Below are positions 61,740 to 64,000 of a DNA stretch of 64,000 nucleotides, in pieces; within the stretch, counting starts at the first letter, position 1; every line of letters starts with the position of its first letter. The stretch is from NCBI GenBank assembly GCA_030265395.1, contig JARFYF010000063.1, forward strand, positions 41,507,348 to 41,571,347, read 5' to 3'. This DNA is from Rhina ancylostomus. Its lineage: Eukaryota. A program made the translations under genes and the position numbers. Under the pieces are notes generated by a model that was not told where the DNA came from, ran no database searches, and saw only the letters and a program-made list of their open reading frames with translations.

Positions 61740-62642
61740 TACCCAGTTAGGAATACACAGGCTTTGGGCAGACTCAATATGGCAAGGAATGAAGATTGCA
61801 GTGTTCAGATAGTGAAATATCCAGCAGCTAAATCCAGACAGAAAATGAGGACAAACAGACCGTCCAACCTTTCAGGAATTTGAAATGGTTGATACAAAGA
61901 TAAGCAAGCACCAGTTACAGAACCTGAATGCTAAACAAACAGAAACATCAAATGGTAAAAGAGGATGTACATATTACAACAATGCATTATGTATATTTGA
62001 TTTCTTTTCATGAGCTTTGGTTTCTTGAGTTTTATTTTGCTGCTGGGCTACTGAATGGATAACAGTGTGGATAAAAGTAAAGTAACATTGCCTAGTGCAG
62101 AAATAAGAAACGTCCAGATATTAAAGAATGTCTATTAATAAAATAAACACGGGAAAAGTCTTGAGCCATTAGGTCTTTTGGGAATACATCTGCAAGGAGT
62201 AAAGATAAAATCTTCAGATAATAACTAGGATTGTAGTAATTTCTTTTGGAGAATAATGATATCAGCAGAAGGTTATTGGTAGGATGAGGTTTAATCATTG
62301 ATTAAAATATCAAGACATTATCTGAGTATCTTATTTTGCAACACAGTGTGGCAGTTCCAGACTTCCTTATCCAGGAGTTTCTGCTTCTCAGGTTCAGTGG
62401 TTCCAGTATGGTTCAGTAAGCTGGCATTCCAAGTTATGAGATATATATCAGTGCCTATAAGGCTGGATGTGGACTCTGACTTACATATGTAACAGCATTT
62501 TATAAACTAGCAACTTCCCCCTTCCCAAACTTCTCTCCAACGATACAGGTTCAGTTTTATTTTTCATTTAGCTTTCCAAATGGCTAACACTTATCAGTAA
62601 ACCTGACACATTACAAACACAGAAAACACTGGATGCACTCAG

Positions 62643-63561
62643 AATTTCAGAACTAGGTTTATTATCACTGACATATGTTGTGAAATTCTTTGTTTTGCGG
62701 AAGCAGTACAGTGCAAGACATAAAAATTCCTGTAACTTACAAATCAGGTCACTGTACCTCCTCCTCAATGGTAGTAATGTGAAGAGGGCATATCCTGGGT
62801 GGTGAGGGTCCTTAATTACGGATGCCATCTTCTTGAGGCTCCGCCTTTTGAAGATGTCTTCAATAGCCTGGAGGGTTGTGCCTGTGACGGAGCTGGCTGA
62901 GTCTGCAACCCTCTACAGCCTCTTTCGATGCTGTACTTTGGAACCTCCATACCAGGCAGTGTTGCAACCAGTCAGAACGCTCTCCACCATACATCTGTAG
63001 AAATTTGCAAGAGTCTTTGGTGAAATACCAAATCTCCTCAAACTCTTAGTGAAGTAGAACCACTGGTGTNNNNNNNNNNNNNNNNNNNNNNNNNNNNNNN
63101 NNNNNNNNNNNNNNNNNNNNNNNNNNNNNNNNNNNNNNNNNNNNNNNNNNNNNNNNNNNNNNNNNNNNNNNNNNNNNNNNNNNNNNNNNNNNNNNNNNNN
63201 NNNNNNNNNNNNNNNNNNNNNNNNNNNNNNNNNNNNNNNNNNNNNNNNNNNNNNNNNNNNNNNNNNNNNNNNNNNNNNNNNNNNNNNNNNNNNNNNNNNN
63301 NNNNNNNNNNNNNNNNNNNNNNNNNNNNNNNNNNNNNNNNNNNNNNAGCATGGAATCCATGTGCTGGACAACAAGGCATTAATGGAGCCAAATTGAGGAC
63401 CAGAACTCAGAACCATGACACAGTATGCATCCTTGAGGTGCGTCTGTGTAAATTGGAAGCGAGGAGGAGATGTTTCCATTGATCTGCACTGACTGTGGTC
63501 TCTCGATAAGGAAGTCAAGGATCCAGCTGCAGAGGGAGGTACGGAGGCCCAGATTTTGAAA
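62643..63561 (-). mobile_element. Rex1/Babar LINE, 5'-truncated, 7-bp TSD, interrupted by an LTR and a gap
   Basis: [35 protein letters not shown]...APQGCIL | HQWFYFTKSLRRFGISPKTLANFYRCMVESVLTGC..IKDPHHPGYALF; CACTCAG at 62636-62642 and 63562-63568. Confidence 0.9.
63347..63420 (-). mobile_element. Second copy of the TGTCATGG LTR end (remainder in gap)
   Basis: Reverse complement TGTCATGGTTCTGAGTTCTGGTCCTCAATTTGGCTCCATTAATGCCTTGTTGTCCAGCACATGGATTCCATGCT matches 33179-33251 except for one substitution and one indel. Confidence 0.9.
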
Positions 63562-63735
63562 CACTCAGCAGGTAAGGCAACATTATGTAGAAAGAGAAAT
63601 AGAGTTCAAATTTCAGATCAAAGACCCTCCAACAGATGTGAAACAATAAATGTTTCCCTTTCCACAGATGCTACCTGATCTGCTGCATGATTCTTGCTTT
63701 TTTTTGTTTTTTGTTTCAGAATTTCATCATCTGTT
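63562..63735. mobile_element. Penelope pLTR-derived fold-back (left part at about 62612-62642)
   Basis: CTCAGCAGGTAAGGCAACATTATGTAGAAAGAGAAA ... TTTCCCTTTCCACAGATGCTACCTGATCTGCTG are inverted copies of the pLTR motif. Confidence 0.75.
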
Positions 63736-64000
63736 TTATTGAGTTTCATTTACTAACACTTGTTAGCTCCATTATCTACTTTCAGACAGGCCAATATAAT
63801 TATATTGTATTGTTTTGATGGAATAAATCTGACATGAATCTGGTTGATTTGACTAACTTGTCTGGGTCTCTGTGTGTTAGGATAACATTGTACGATTTTC
63901 TGTGAACTATGTCTTCTCCAGGATGATGCTTGATAGAGCTCCCATCAGAAGTGATTTAGTGAACAGTTTCTATGTTTAGGAATGCTGCTTTATGATGATC

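Noticed and set aside
1-64000. CRISPR arrays, operons, rRNA/tRNA genes, CpG-island promoter
   Set aside because: Vertebrate non-coding DNA; no repeat-spacer array or RNA gene seen; tRNA-like boxes belong to SINE heads; CpG is depleted throughout.

Overview
Eukaryotic, AT-rich, repeat-dense DNA from a cartilaginous fish, probably a ray or sawfish. This is inferred from recalled chondrichthyan repeat families: HE1-type V-SINEs, SacSINE/Deu-SINE, CR1, Rex1/Babar, RTE and Penelope-like elements. It is a draft assembly with many N gaps. I find no intact protein-coding gene, rRNA, tRNA or CpG island; the listed ORFs are chance ORFs, gap-spanning artefacts or pieces of decayed transposons. The window looks like a gene desert or very large intron, with decayed LINE, SINE, Penelope and Harbinger relics between repeat-free islands rich in homeobox motifs (candidate enhancers). 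The best-supported oddities are: two copies of a young LTR family (one with an exact 5-bp TSD); a three-level nested insertion (LTR in Rex1 in a Penelope-derived fold-back); an RTE LINE with a twin-priming-type 5' inversion; a Harbinger transposase relic; and several unexplained hairpin elements (11.8 kb, 59.9 kb, 61.6 kb). No novel biological system can be established from sequence alone. Repeat boundaries are approximate unless a TSD is quoted, and family names come from remembered consensus motifs, not a database search.
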